Positions 24,641 through 34,467 of a stretch of DNA of 64,000 nt are shown piece after piece. The notes under the pieces were generated by a model. That model made no database searches, was not told the origin of the DNA, and worked only from the letters and a program-made list of their open reading frames with translations. How positions within the stretch are numbered: position 1 is the stretch's first letter; every line of letters begins with the position of its first letter. Source of the stretch: Nemertoderma westbladi (lineage: Eukaryota > Animalia > Xenacoelomorpha); contig JAUCBJ010004767.1 in assembly GCA_032718475.1 (NCBI GenBank), forward strand, positions 1-64,000, in the 5' to 3' direction. The position numbers and the translations under genes were made by a program.

Positions 24641-27610
24641 TTATAAACTCCGCTGGTGAATTAGCTGCTCCTTGTGACTTATCATACCAGTTACACGTCT
24701 GTCATGTTTTGTCGACTGTAGTGTAGTATGGTCCACGTCGTGTGAGAAGGAATGAATTGAATTTGTAGTTAATAAACTACATGTACTTTGTACATCGTCT
24801 TCCTCGTCACTTATGTACAGTGTGCGCACAGGCGCTCGAGTATACCACCCTATCGGCGTTCTACAGGCGTATGCGTTTCCCGCTACGACTGCCGATGGTC
24901 TGGTTTCCCACACTTGATGTAGGTTGAATTGGTCCGTCCCGATCAGCATGGCTACCGATCTATAATTGACAGGACATTCGGGTACACCAAGGTGTCTGAA
25001 ATACTTACGGTCCTCCAAGGATTGTTCTGGGACCGGACCTAGTAGGTTACTAAAGTCTTTGGTGGCCGCAAAAGTCAAATCCTTGAAGGGTAACAAAGAC
25101 CTCTCCCTCTCGCTGTGTTGCGATTTTGGAAGAAGAGAGTCTAAGTCCAACTTAACTCGTGTCACTGGTATTGCACGTTGCCCGTGCATACTACTTACGG
25201 TGTAACTGACGCGCTTACCTCGTTTGAGATCCGTCACTACGTCAGCTATCTTTTCATCCACGTAGCTGTGAGATGAGGCTGAATCCAGGATAGCGTAGAT
25301 TCTCTTGCTCCCCTTTGTGCCAGTAATCTTAATCGGAATTACACTGAATCCCTTTAGTTGGTCAGTAGTCAGAAGCGCGATCGATGGCTGTTCGTCTCCA
25401 TCAGAATATACGTCGTCATCTTCTGACTCTTCGTCCGACGATCCGGATTGTTCTGAGAAGCAATCCTCAATATGGGTCACGAAGGTTGGAGTCGTTTTCG
25501 ATTCTCGAATTTTGTAGGCCGCATTACATCTCGCTGCTGCTTCCGGGTGTTCCCTGGCGAAGCGTTTTGTCGGCGTGTGGCTGTCTGTGTGGAGCAGACC
25601 GTCGTGGTTGCGTCCACAGGATGGACAAGTGTCGGTATTTGGGCAATCTTTACGGACGTGTCCGTGTCGCGTACACCGCCAACAAGAGTCCAATGGCCGT
25701 ATCTGCAGCCGTCGTTCTTCCGAGTTTAACTCGCGAAACTGTCGACAACCTCTCAACTTGTGACCGATATACCGCTTGCCTAGATGCTCGCAGTATTGGC
25801 AGCCGCTGAAGTCGGTACTGAGTTGCTGTCTCGTCTGTTTTGTCCCAATGGGCGCAGATACTCTACTACCGTCCGAGAATTGTCGGGTTTCCGTCGATGT
25901 GGCGTATGTGGCCGTCTTGGTGGATGTTGTCTGGGGTTTTTGCCGGTTGGAGGATGGCAATGTGATTCCTTCTGCCACGATGTGCTGGTCAGTGTAGTTA
26001 GATCGAGTTTCTACTACTGCCTCCCTGGATATCAAAAGGTACACATCCTCCAGTTTTAAGAATCCACCCCGCTCTTCTCGCTGGTATTCGATCTTTCTCC
26101 ACTCCCGACGAAGTCGATGGTGGAGTCGTCCTATGATCTTTAATAGGACTGTAGGGGTATTCCCGTAGTCAAGTTGTCCAATGGATCTTAAAGTCGTGAT
26201 AGCGTTCTTTATCTCGTCGGCCAGTTTCAATAAGTCGACGGGTTTAGTAATAGCCCCTCCCTTACAGAGTTCCTCTATCACTGACCTGGCCATGCTGACT
26301 GTACCTCCGTATATCGAAGTTAAACGATCGTACGCTAGTTCGAAGGCGTCCGGTACACCAACGAAGGTCTCCGCCAAACGTTTAGGTTCTCCTGACAACG
26401 TTTGAAGCAGGTAATTAAACTTCTCCCGTGATGTAAAGGCGCACACGGCGATCTGAGATTCGATATAGTCTACGAAAGTGTGCCAGTGTTTTGAGCTACC
26501 GGAAAACTTCGGTGGTTGTTGCACCGGCAATCCTTGTCTGGCTGCGAATTTCGCTATTTCCTCGGCAACGTTCAGAGTTTCGCGTCCTTGGTTGGTAATC
26601 TGGTTGATATCCCTTCTTGGCGCTTTTCCCTGATATGCTGTGTGTTTTGAAGGTACCGGTCTTTGTGGTTCCTTCGGGTGTCTATTGTGTTCGAATTCAG
26701 TGTTCCTCGAACTATCGGTTTGAACTTCCTCCAGACGCTCCTCGATCTGAGCCAACTTGTTAACAACTGGTCGCATGATGTCGGCGAACTGTTGTGTACT
26801 GATTGCGTCCGTTGGTTGTAACGCCTTCTGTGTTGGTGTATTCTGTGGAGGATTGTCTACAAAGGAGTTGTCTGAACGCTCGCGTTTATATTCATCGGCC
26901 GCCCCTGTTCTAAATACCTCGCGTTTCGGGTAATCCGATTCGCTCGAAGTACTACTATCATCTGGATATGGTGGTCGACGTGCTCGCGTCCGTTGCGTCG
27001 TACGAATTCTAACGTTTCGTTTTGGAACATCATCCACTGGTCTCCGTTGTTCGGTAGGCTCACAAGTCTTCCTCGAAGTCGTAGATTGCGATGTGAACTG
27101 GTTGAACGGTCGCGTATCCACTGGTCTCCGTTGTTCGGTAGGCTCACAAGTCTTCCTCGAAGTCGTAGATTGCGATGTAAACTGGTTGAACGGTCGCGTA
27201 TCCACTGGTCTCCGTTGTTCGGTAGGCTCACAAGTCTTCCTCGAAGTCGTAGATTGCGATGTAAACTGAACCGGTGGTCGAATAACCGCTTTTGAATCAA
27301 CTGGCCTTGTAGGTCGAAACGTCATTGGGTAAGCGTAGTGTGTAACGGGTTTAGGTGTCGACGGTGGACTCACCTGTTTAGTCGTCAGTAGTGCAGGTCC
27401 AGTCAACAAACTACTACGATCTGTAATCGGTGGGTTACTTACCTTAACTTTCGGAATAGGCGACGACGTTGCTCTTGGCGGTGTAAACTTGTCCGGAATA
27501 ACAAACCTGTGTTCCGTCGCACCATGGATAGGAGAAATATTACTACTACCAGCAATCGAAACAGGTTCCTTAGTCGTAACATAGGAGTTACCTGAGGGAA
27601 TCTTTGACAT
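24641..27610 (-). CDS. Element B Gag + protease
   Basis: PKFSGSSKHW..F; CQYC..HKLRGC, CWRCTRHGHVRKDC and CPSCGRNHDGLLH; ILDSAS. In frame with RT across a single TAA. Confidence 0.9.
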   Translation of the reverse strand: MSKIPSGNSYVTTKEPVSIAGSSNISPIHGATEHRFVIPDKFTPPRATSSPIPKVKVSNPPITDRSSLLTGPALLTTKQVSPPSTPKPVTHYAYPMTFRPTRPVDSKAVIRPPVQFTSQSTTSRKTCEPTEQRRPVDTRPFNQFTSQSTTSRKTCEPTEQRRPVDTRPFNQFTSQSTTSRKTCEPTEQRRPVDDVPKRNVRIRTTQRTRARRPPYPDDSSTSSESDYPKREVFRTGAADEYKRERSDNSFVDNPPQNTPTQKALQPTDAISTQQFADIMRPVVNKLAQIEERLEEVQTDSSRNTEFEHNRHPKEPQRPVPSKHTAYQGKAPRRDINQITNQGRETLNVAEEIAKFAARQGLPVQQPPKFSGSSKHWHTFVDYIESQIAVCAFTSREKFNYLLQTLSGEPKRLAETFVGVPDAFELAYDRLTSIYGGTVSMARSVIEELCKGGAITKPVDLLKLADEIKNAITTLRSIGQLDYGNTPTVLLKIIGRLHHRLRREWRKIEYQREERGGFLKLEDVYLLISREAVVETRSNYTDQHIVAEGITLPSSNRQKPQTTSTKTATYATSTETRQFSDGSRVSAPIGTKQTRQQLSTDFSGCQYCEHLGKRYIGHKLRGCRQFRELNSEERRLQIRPLDSCWRCTRHGHVRKDCPNTDTCPSCGRNHDGLLHTDSHTPTKRFAREHPEAAARCNAAYKIRESKTTPTFVTHIEDCFSEQSGSSDEESEDDDVYSDGDEQPSIALLTTDQLKGFSVIPIKITGTKGSKRIYAILDSASSHSYVDEKIADVVTDLKRGKRVSYTVSSMHGQRAIPVTRVKLDLDSLLPKSQHSERERSLLPFKDLTFAATKDFSNLLGPVPEQSLEDRKYFRHLGVPECPVNYRSVAMLIGTDQFNLHQVWETRPSAVVAGNAYACRTPIGWYTRAPVRTLYISDEEDDVQSTCSLLTTNSIHSFSHDVDHTTLQSTKHDRRVTGMISHKEQLIHQRSL
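27030..27270. repeat. 84-bp in-frame tandem repeat, about 3 copies, in element B gag
   Basis: QFTSQSTTSRKTCEPTEQRRPVD three times. Confidence 0.95.
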
Positions 27611-29016
27611 AAGTCTTTAACTAATTGTCTTTCTCGCCCAGGTGCCCCTACACTTCCTTCCTTCATTCGTTCCTGAATTTGGCGATGTCTTACCTCTAGC
27701 TGGTCCAAATCATGTCCGTCACGAGATCTCATCGATCGATCGCGGGCTTGTAGATCCAGATCTTCCTTCGCGTTGGCTAATTCTCTCGCCTTCTTCCCGA
27801 GTTCGAAATGAAGTTTAACTTCCTTCTCGCGTTGTTCCGTCTGTTGTTGTTGCGCCTCGAACTCCGCTTGTCGTATAGCTGATTGAGCCTTTATTTGCCG
27901 TTTTTTCATCTCGGCTCTCGCTTCTGAAACTAATCTTTGTCGTTCTAGCTCGGCCGCTGCCGCTGCCGCCGCCGCTTGTCGCTCTAACTCAGCCGCTGTC
28001 GCTGCCGCCGTTTGTTGTGCAATGTCCAACTCTAACCTTTCCATCTCGGCTGCTTCCAACTCGGCTTGTTCTTGCAGATGAGAGATTCTTGCAACATTCG
28101 CAACCCGTAGTTTCTCTTCTTGTACTGCTGCTTGTGCCATTAGCAGTTGAGTTTGTTCCTCCATCTCCTGTTGTTGTCTGTAGAGTTGCTGTTGTCGAGC
28201 AGTTTCTGACGTAGCCATACTCACCTCGCCAATTTCGCTGCGAATACTCACCAGTGATTGATTTAGTGTTCCCGGTGCCAGTTCGATTTGTGCGAGTGAA
28301 GTTTCCCTCGTAGCCTCCGGCACGGTTTCCCAATCTCCGACGTCCTCGCCGCACATGCGTAAGTGATCCGTCAGGTGTTTCAATTGTCCATCTAGCCTGT
28401 ACAGTTCCTGTTCTTCCTCGGGTTGCAATAATTCGTCCGAAACTGACTCACCTAACAACTGGTCCGCTTGTTCCTGTTGTATCTGCCTAATCGTCGACTT
28501 AAACTGAATCAGTTTCTCTCTAGTGATCATTAGTTTCTCGAGGATTCTAAGCTGAGTGTCCATATCCTGTCTCTGTCTAGCTAGATCTTGTAGACCAATT
28601 AGGTTATCTACGGACTTATATACTTTACTCTGTACTCTCACCTGTAGAGTGTAGAACTCGAACCGAGACATCAGAGCGGTTAACTCATCTAATATGCGTT
28701 GGCCTTCTCCAATACTCCTGGTAATATGCGCCATGTAACCGCCGACGCTTCTAACTACGCTCTCCTGGCTTCCTACTGAACTTACCATCTCCGTTTCCCT
28801 GTATCTAGGTTGCGGGACCGTTAGGAAATCCTCAGTCCTGCCGTCGCCTCGTACTACGGCATCCGGTACTTCCGTTGGATGTACTGGTGACGCGCACGGT
28901 GTAGGTTCGGTAGGCTCACGAGTCTTCCCCTGTGGTTCTTCCGCTTCTGACTTATCTCCGTCACATGAGTCATAGTCGGTTTGTGTATTTTTCGTATAGT
29001 CTTGTTTGTCACTCAT
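27439..29016 (-). CDS. Element B N-terminal coiled-coil ORF (Gag N-terminus or separate ORF0)
   Basis: 525-aa Glu/Gln/Ala-rich helical ORF overlapping the gag ORF in another frame; same position as the coiled-coil N-terminus of A and C. Confidence 0.75.
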   Translation of the reverse strand: MSDKQDYTKNTQTDYDSCDGDKSEAEEPQGKTREPTEPTPCASPVHPTEVPDAVVRGDGRTEDFLTVPQPRYRETEMVSSVGSQESVVRSVGGYMAHITRSIGEGQRILDELTALMSRFEFYTLQVRVQSKVYKSVDNLIGLQDLARQRQDMDTQLRILEKLMITREKLIQFKSTIRQIQQEQADQLLGESVSDELLQPEEEQELYRLDGQLKHLTDHLRMCGEDVGDWETVPEATRETSLAQIELAPGTLNQSLVSIRSEIGEVSMATSETARQQQLYRQQQEMEEQTQLLMAQAAVQEEKLRVANVARISHLQEQAELEAAEMERLELDIAQQTAAATAAELERQAAAAAAAAELERQRLVSEARAEMKKRQIKAQSAIRQAEFEAQQQQTEQREKEVKLHFELGKKARELANAKEDLDLQARDRSMRSRDGHDLDQLEVRHRQIQERMKEGSVGAPGRERQLVKDLCQRFPQVTPMLRLRNLFRLLVVVIFLLSMVRRNTGLLFRTSLHRQEQRRRLFRKLR

Positions 29017-29100
29017 TTCGGTAGTTGTAAGTCAAGTAAAATGTGAGTGTCAAAGTATCAAACTTACCGTATTTATCTAAACGGTACTAATTACAGTCAT

Positions 29101-29224
29101 ATAAAATTAGCCTACCGGCCGATTTTATAGCAGATGGATAAAATTAGCCTAAACGGCCAATTTTACAGCAAATAAATGTCACGGAATAAGTATATAATAA
29201 AATTAGCCTAGCGGCCAATTTTAT
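29101..29224 (-). promoter_or_regulatory. Three tandem hairpins in the element B 5' leader
   Basis: Sense RUAAAAUYGGCC-loop-GGCUAAUUUUAU three times; loops GCUA, GUUUA and GGUA. Confidence 0.7.
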
Positions 29225-29815
29225 AACAAATAAATCGGATAACGATATGCGTTATCAAAAGGTAAATTAAATACAATAATACGGACTAATTCAGCAATGA
29301 ACAAAGAAATCATACGGAATGCATAAATACTTGAGACAGTGGAACCCACAATAATTTTAACTAATACGGTAATGCCTAACTTATTTATGCAACTTTTCGA
29401 ACTCACCCACTCCAATAATTCTCCAGAAAAACAGATTCCCAGATACAAACCGGACGTGAACCTTTCCGTTTTTAATGTTGCGGACGAAACGCGATTTTCC
29501 CAACCAAAGTTGTTGAGTTATCTATCTCCCAAACTTGCTAAACACGGTCTTGCTCCCGTTACAGTCTAGAAATGAGCTCTGAATCCTGAAAAACAAAAGA
29601 GTTAGGTTTTACTTTTTACGAAAATTTTGTACCGGTACAATATGGTATTTAAACCCTTTTAAACACCGGTATTCAATTCCAAAAATATTTTACACGCGGT
29701 TCAAATCAAATTTTATTTCAAAAAATTAGCACTTAGCTAATCAAATATAAATTTTTACCTCAAAATACAAAATTTTCAAATAACTTTTGTCCTACCGAAC
29801 CGTAGTTCAGTAAAA

Positions 29816-29826
29816 CACATTCCTAC
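29816..29826 (-). promoter_or_regulatory. Element B primer-binding position, complementary to its own LTR rather than to a tRNA 3' end
   Basis: Sense GTAGGAATGTG abuts the 5' LTR. Sense CACATTCCTAC occurs in the LTR at 30857-30867 and 16297-16307. Confidence 0.8.
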
Positions 29827-31722
29827 TATTGGAAGAGACGGTAACAATACCTGCAATATCCTACTGTAAAGTTTGTGAATCAAATCATAAATCCGACCTT
29901 CTCACCAAAACAGTAAACTCTAAGTAAGCGAATATATTGCAGTATCGATCTCTTATAACCGGTGAGGCAGAAAACAGTCTACGAGCAGACAAACTTCGAT
30001 AAAACAAAAATCCCGCGCAGCGAATCCTAAAATCAGGCTGACTCACTGACGGACTAAGGGGCTCGTATACTTTGCCGCGGTGTGATTTATATGGTTGGGC
30101 AAAGAGACGCTAGCTAGGTACAGAGGCAGAGATTTGGAGATGTCTAACTAGCGGGCAAAAGCACAGTACGGACAAAAGTTAATTTTATATATTTTGAGGT
30201 GTAAATAATTTCTAACGCGCGTGTGTTAATTCTGAACGGTCAAAAGCAGTTTTGCTCCTTCACATATATAATTACTGGGTACGGTGTGCATTTTACGAAT
30301 ATTCTAATTTTGTAACTTGTAGGTCCAATACTCACGAATGATAAGGTTCCTTCCCCTCTTGCGTATTTCCAGGACTCAAATTCAGGCATAAGGTTAATGC
30401 TACGCCCAGAATTCGGCAATTTTAGGTACCAGGTCCCTGATACTAAGAAGAGATGTGTTAGTTTACTACAGTAGGCGTACAGTTACTAATAGCTATCCTG
30501 GCTCTTATCTGGAATTTTAGTCACCTAGGTAGGCTGGGTAACTTCCTATCAGGACGTTGGCGGGGACACGGTAGATGTTAGTATATCCCTAATAGCCTCA
30601 ATTTATTTGCGCCTAGTTGTAAACTGCCCTACCGCCTGAACGGTACAATCCCAATTCAGGTGAAAACACAGCAACCCTCCTAGCCTACAAGTTCTAATGC
30701 AATGGACACCGTTGTACTGCAAATAGTCGCAAACGCACCTGTACTTAGCAAGAGTTAGGCGTACAGTTTGCTGCACCCTACCAATTTGTATGCTGCGTAC
30801 CGGTGTGCCTACGTCCTATCTGCGTACTAGTATCTGCCTGCTCTCCCCCCCCCCCCGTAGGAATGTGAAGGTCTACTGTGGTTTTTCCTGAATCAAGACA
30901 GTACAGTCCCTAAGATGTAATTTTAGGCTCACAGCGTGTCACTACTTCTACCTTTTGATCTTTGGTCTTACGCTTAGGTAGCAAGGCGTCGAACGCTGTC
31001 TAACCTTTCAGGCGATGGGCGAATAACTCAAGATGGTATTGCGGGTTGTCTCTTGTCTACATTCCCGTGATGTTCCCGTTCATTGCTGCGGCCCGATCTC
31101 TAGCCGGCCATCCTGTCCTTAGCTGGGTTCACCGTAGTGAATCATGGTGAAAGAAAAGCAGATAGCGGTATTTCTGAATTTATTGCAGATAATAATACAA
31201 AATGTAATCTGAATACTAATAACAGAATAAACAAATATCAGATAACTCAGAATAATTGAATATAGAGATAGATTAAGATTGATAACTAATGAACAAATCG
31301 CACCTTTATATAGCAAATTTGTGCTGCAATCAATCGAGAAAATTCTCGATTGTTCTATAGGTTCTAACAGGTTTTTAAAGATAGCTATTGGTCCAGCTAA
31401 TATATAACTTGCACGACATTGGTTACAATCAAATAACTACAGTCTCATTGGTACAGACAAATGCAATTAATTTGTAGCGGTCAATTTAAATGAGTTGAAA
31501 TTCTGCACAAAAAATAATTCGCACTTACTAGGATTCGAACTCAATACCTACTACACATATAATTTCCAACGCTCTACCGACTGAGCTACTGAACCACTTG
31601 ACCAATAGGCGTACAAATGATAGAACAAATACGAATGAGAACTCAAAGCAATCTTTTACAAAGTTAATTCGAATAAAATAAAATTTTGAAAATCCACGGC
31701 ATTTAGAGAATATAATTCTATA
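29827..31722 (-). repeat. Element B 5' LTR (1896 bp), ends TATAG...CAATA
   Basis: By eye it differs from the 3' LTR by one substitution and the poly-C tract. Confidence 0.95.
31280..31451 (-). promoter_or_regulatory. Putative Pol II promoter in the element B LTR
   Basis: Three CCAAT boxes about 30 bp apart (31447, 31418, 31387), TATATAAA (31305-31312), then Inr-like TCATTAGTT. Confidence 0.6.
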
Positions 31723-33057
31723 CAAGTATTATTGGTAGGCAGAGTATTAGGAATGCAAAGTTCAGATCCTCGTGTCTCGGCTAAACCAAGCTCTGGGTAG
31801 ACCTTGGAAACGACTTGCCTCTTCACACTGACATTGCTTCGTGCGATATTGCTCTCATACCGTATATTAAATAATACATATAGTAGCGTGATGTCCCTTT
31901 AACAGTAGCGTATAACGCAAAATAAATCTGTTAAACCCTTTGACCATCTGCAATTCTAGTCGATTAAGATATCGCGGCACCCACCAATATACTTGAAAGA
32001 CAAATTTTAGAATCAGTGGTTAACGTCCCCAGACAAGTTCTGGAATAAATTGATGCCCATCTCAAATATTAATTATTTAATATTTGCAAATCTAATAAAT
32101 CAAAATCTGTAAAATTCAGATCCTTCAACAATTCTAGTCAATTAAGATATCGTAGCATTTACTGATATTCTTAAAAAGACAATTGTCATAGAATTAAGGA
32201 TCTTCTGTCCCCAGACATATTCTAGAATCAAAATATGTCCATTTAATTATTAAATAATAAAATTTCAGGGAATAATTTAAATTCATGCCTTTTAATGAAT
32301 TTAATAAATTGCCATTTTTACGCAATTTATAACATTCCCAAAATTCCATTAATTAATAGATCACGGGAGCGGAGATTTATCTTATCATGCGTATGAGTGT
32401 GCGAAAGTCTCCCAAACATAGTCAATAGCCGATAAAATTCATAAAGTCATGTATAAAACAGGACATTGACCATTAAAGAATTACTATTAAATAACATCCC
32501 AGATCTGTATGCATTGGAATTACCCTAATTCTACCGCTAGCTTTGCATAATGTCACCATAGCAACAACCACGCTAGAATTAGAATTGAGTTAAAAGAACA
32601 ATAGAAAGCTTGTCCCATTGAATAGCATAGGGAATAAATAGCGCACTGCTAGTATCCAAGGATACATAATAATACAGTGACATTCTGGAAGGCATTGACT
32701 AACGGACAAATGGCCCGAGTGTGTGTAATTTGTGACAAGTTGTGTGTGGTATTTGTGAGTTTATAGGCGAATGTTACTACTAAGGTGTGTTTACAGTAGC
32801 GAGTCGCAATTGTGAAAGTAACCCTAACTCTCCAGTAAGAACCTGAGGTGTATTTAAGCCTTTGGGACGGACAGTCGAGTGACTTGTGCCGGTTGTCGTT
32901 GTCGTTGTGCGGCTACGTCGTTGGCGAAAGTACAGCGGCGACGACACATCGGCGCTGAGGATCTCGCACTGTCCGGGGGCTGATTGGGGTAGGCAGCGAC
33001 GCTCGCTAGCCTAAATATAAACTCCTTATAATATGGATAAACTCATATATAGCAGAT

Positions 33058-34225
33058 ATGACGGAGTTGATAGAAGATGGTCTTGGTATCGGGGAGTGAT
33101 ATACTCTACTTTTACAAGCGTTTGTTGATAGCTTAATACGCGGCGACGTTAGTCCAACTGCTGCGGAGGACGATGGTCGTTATATCGAACCGCCAATGTC
33201 CCAAGAGCAGCTCACGCGTGAGTTGGACTATAGAAAATTCGCTGCTCGATATACGCAGCGTAATGGTACGTATATGGGCTTCTTAACTACTGGTCATCCT
33301 ATCGATTTACACAATACGGACTATGTCGACTATATATCCTGCCCAGCGGAGTCGGAACCATAAACTGAAATTCGAATGCGAAAATTCTATTCGAAATCGA
33401 CTCGAAAGAAAAGACACTAAAGAAACAAATGGACGCGGTAACTCCAACGTATATTTGGAATTCTTGATAGAAGCATTGTAACAACAAATAAATATCACCC
33501 GCGTTTCCCCTACCAGACGTGCGTCTTTGGTATTATTACGATAAATGCCCTAGACCCAGCCAATAAACGGAAAGACATAAACATCCACGGAAACGTTGTT
33601 TTAAACACAGTCGTACTCGTTATATTTACTGGAGTTTCGAGCGAAACTTGTTTGACGTATCACCTATGCTCACTCGGCTCGAACGATCCTGGAGTAAACC
33701 TACGATCAGAGTCCCGGAATACTCGGTCAAACCTCCTCATTCCTTAGTTGGACCTCAGACCTGCGATCCTGGTGGTGTCGCGGATCCTCGCGGACTGTAT
33801 TCACTGTTCAAAGATCTAGTGCTACCCTAACAATTAATCGGTAACACTCCGACAGTGATTTCTAGCTAGCCGCCCATCTTACCTAGCCGGATTGTGACGC
33901 GGACACCTAATATCACTATCCCACCGTATGGTCGTCCCCGTTTAACGCGATACAACCCTTCATCAAGGTGAAGGAGAGCGTTGTACGAAACGAGTTAAAC
34001 GCTATTCTATAAAGATCAAAAAAGAAACCTGCGTTTGTTCAGATAAACGTAAGTTATAACAGTAAGTCCAATCGATAAACGAATTGGCCTTATCTCAGTT
34101 CGATTGGGAAATCTCGAATCTCTAAGAAGATATCAAGCTTAGAAAACCCTATTCTCTGCGAGAGTTTTGGACGAACGTATCCCATGACAAGCGGAGGAAA
34201 ATCAGCTCGAGGAGAAACATATTGA
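33058..34225 (+). pseudogene. Decayed accessory ORF in the 3' region of element A (counterpart in C about 46518-47640)
   Basis: MTELIEDGLGIGE*YTLLLQAFVDSLIRGD... Some stops in A are sense codons in C (TGA/CGA, TAA/CAA). No recognisable family. Confidence 0.45.
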
Positions 34226-34467
34226 AACGGCGGATACCCCGACTATAATCCCACGCCTTCTGATGCAATCATATTGCACCCTTCACCCAGGAGTTATAGC
34301 CCTCCTTGTAAAGTGGCTCGCCCCAAAGAGAAAAGACTCTTGCTAGCTTTAAAAAACTGCGTAAACGCCGTCTGCGCAAGAAAGACTAACTGTTTAGAGT
34401 ATTCTCGTATTTTAGAAACTGTGATTTTGTATATTTTATAGACTTAAATCCCATTTTCTGGGAGCGG

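Larger units (their letters stand above)
15264..31722 (-). mobile_element. Bel/Pao LTR retrotransposon B, 16.5 kb, nested in A
   Basis: Two near-identical LTRs. 5-bp TSD CAAGT (15259-15263 and 31723-31727); the empty site is visible in C at about 45190. Domain order Gag-PR-RT-RH-IN with YVDD. Confidence 0.96.

Noticed and set aside
24641-24643. Programmed stop-codon readthrough between Gag-PR and RT
   Set aside because: The position is suggestive, but the element has other in-frame stops in conserved motifs, so mutation is simpler. Needs other copies.
27030-27270. CRISPR-like array
   Set aside because: Units are near-identical in-frame tandem copies without unique spacers; eukaryotic retroelement context and no cas genes.
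15264-31722. Assembly duplication explaining the 1.9-kb repeat
   Set aside because: TSD, PPT-like tract, internal gag-pol and the empty site in C show true LTRs.
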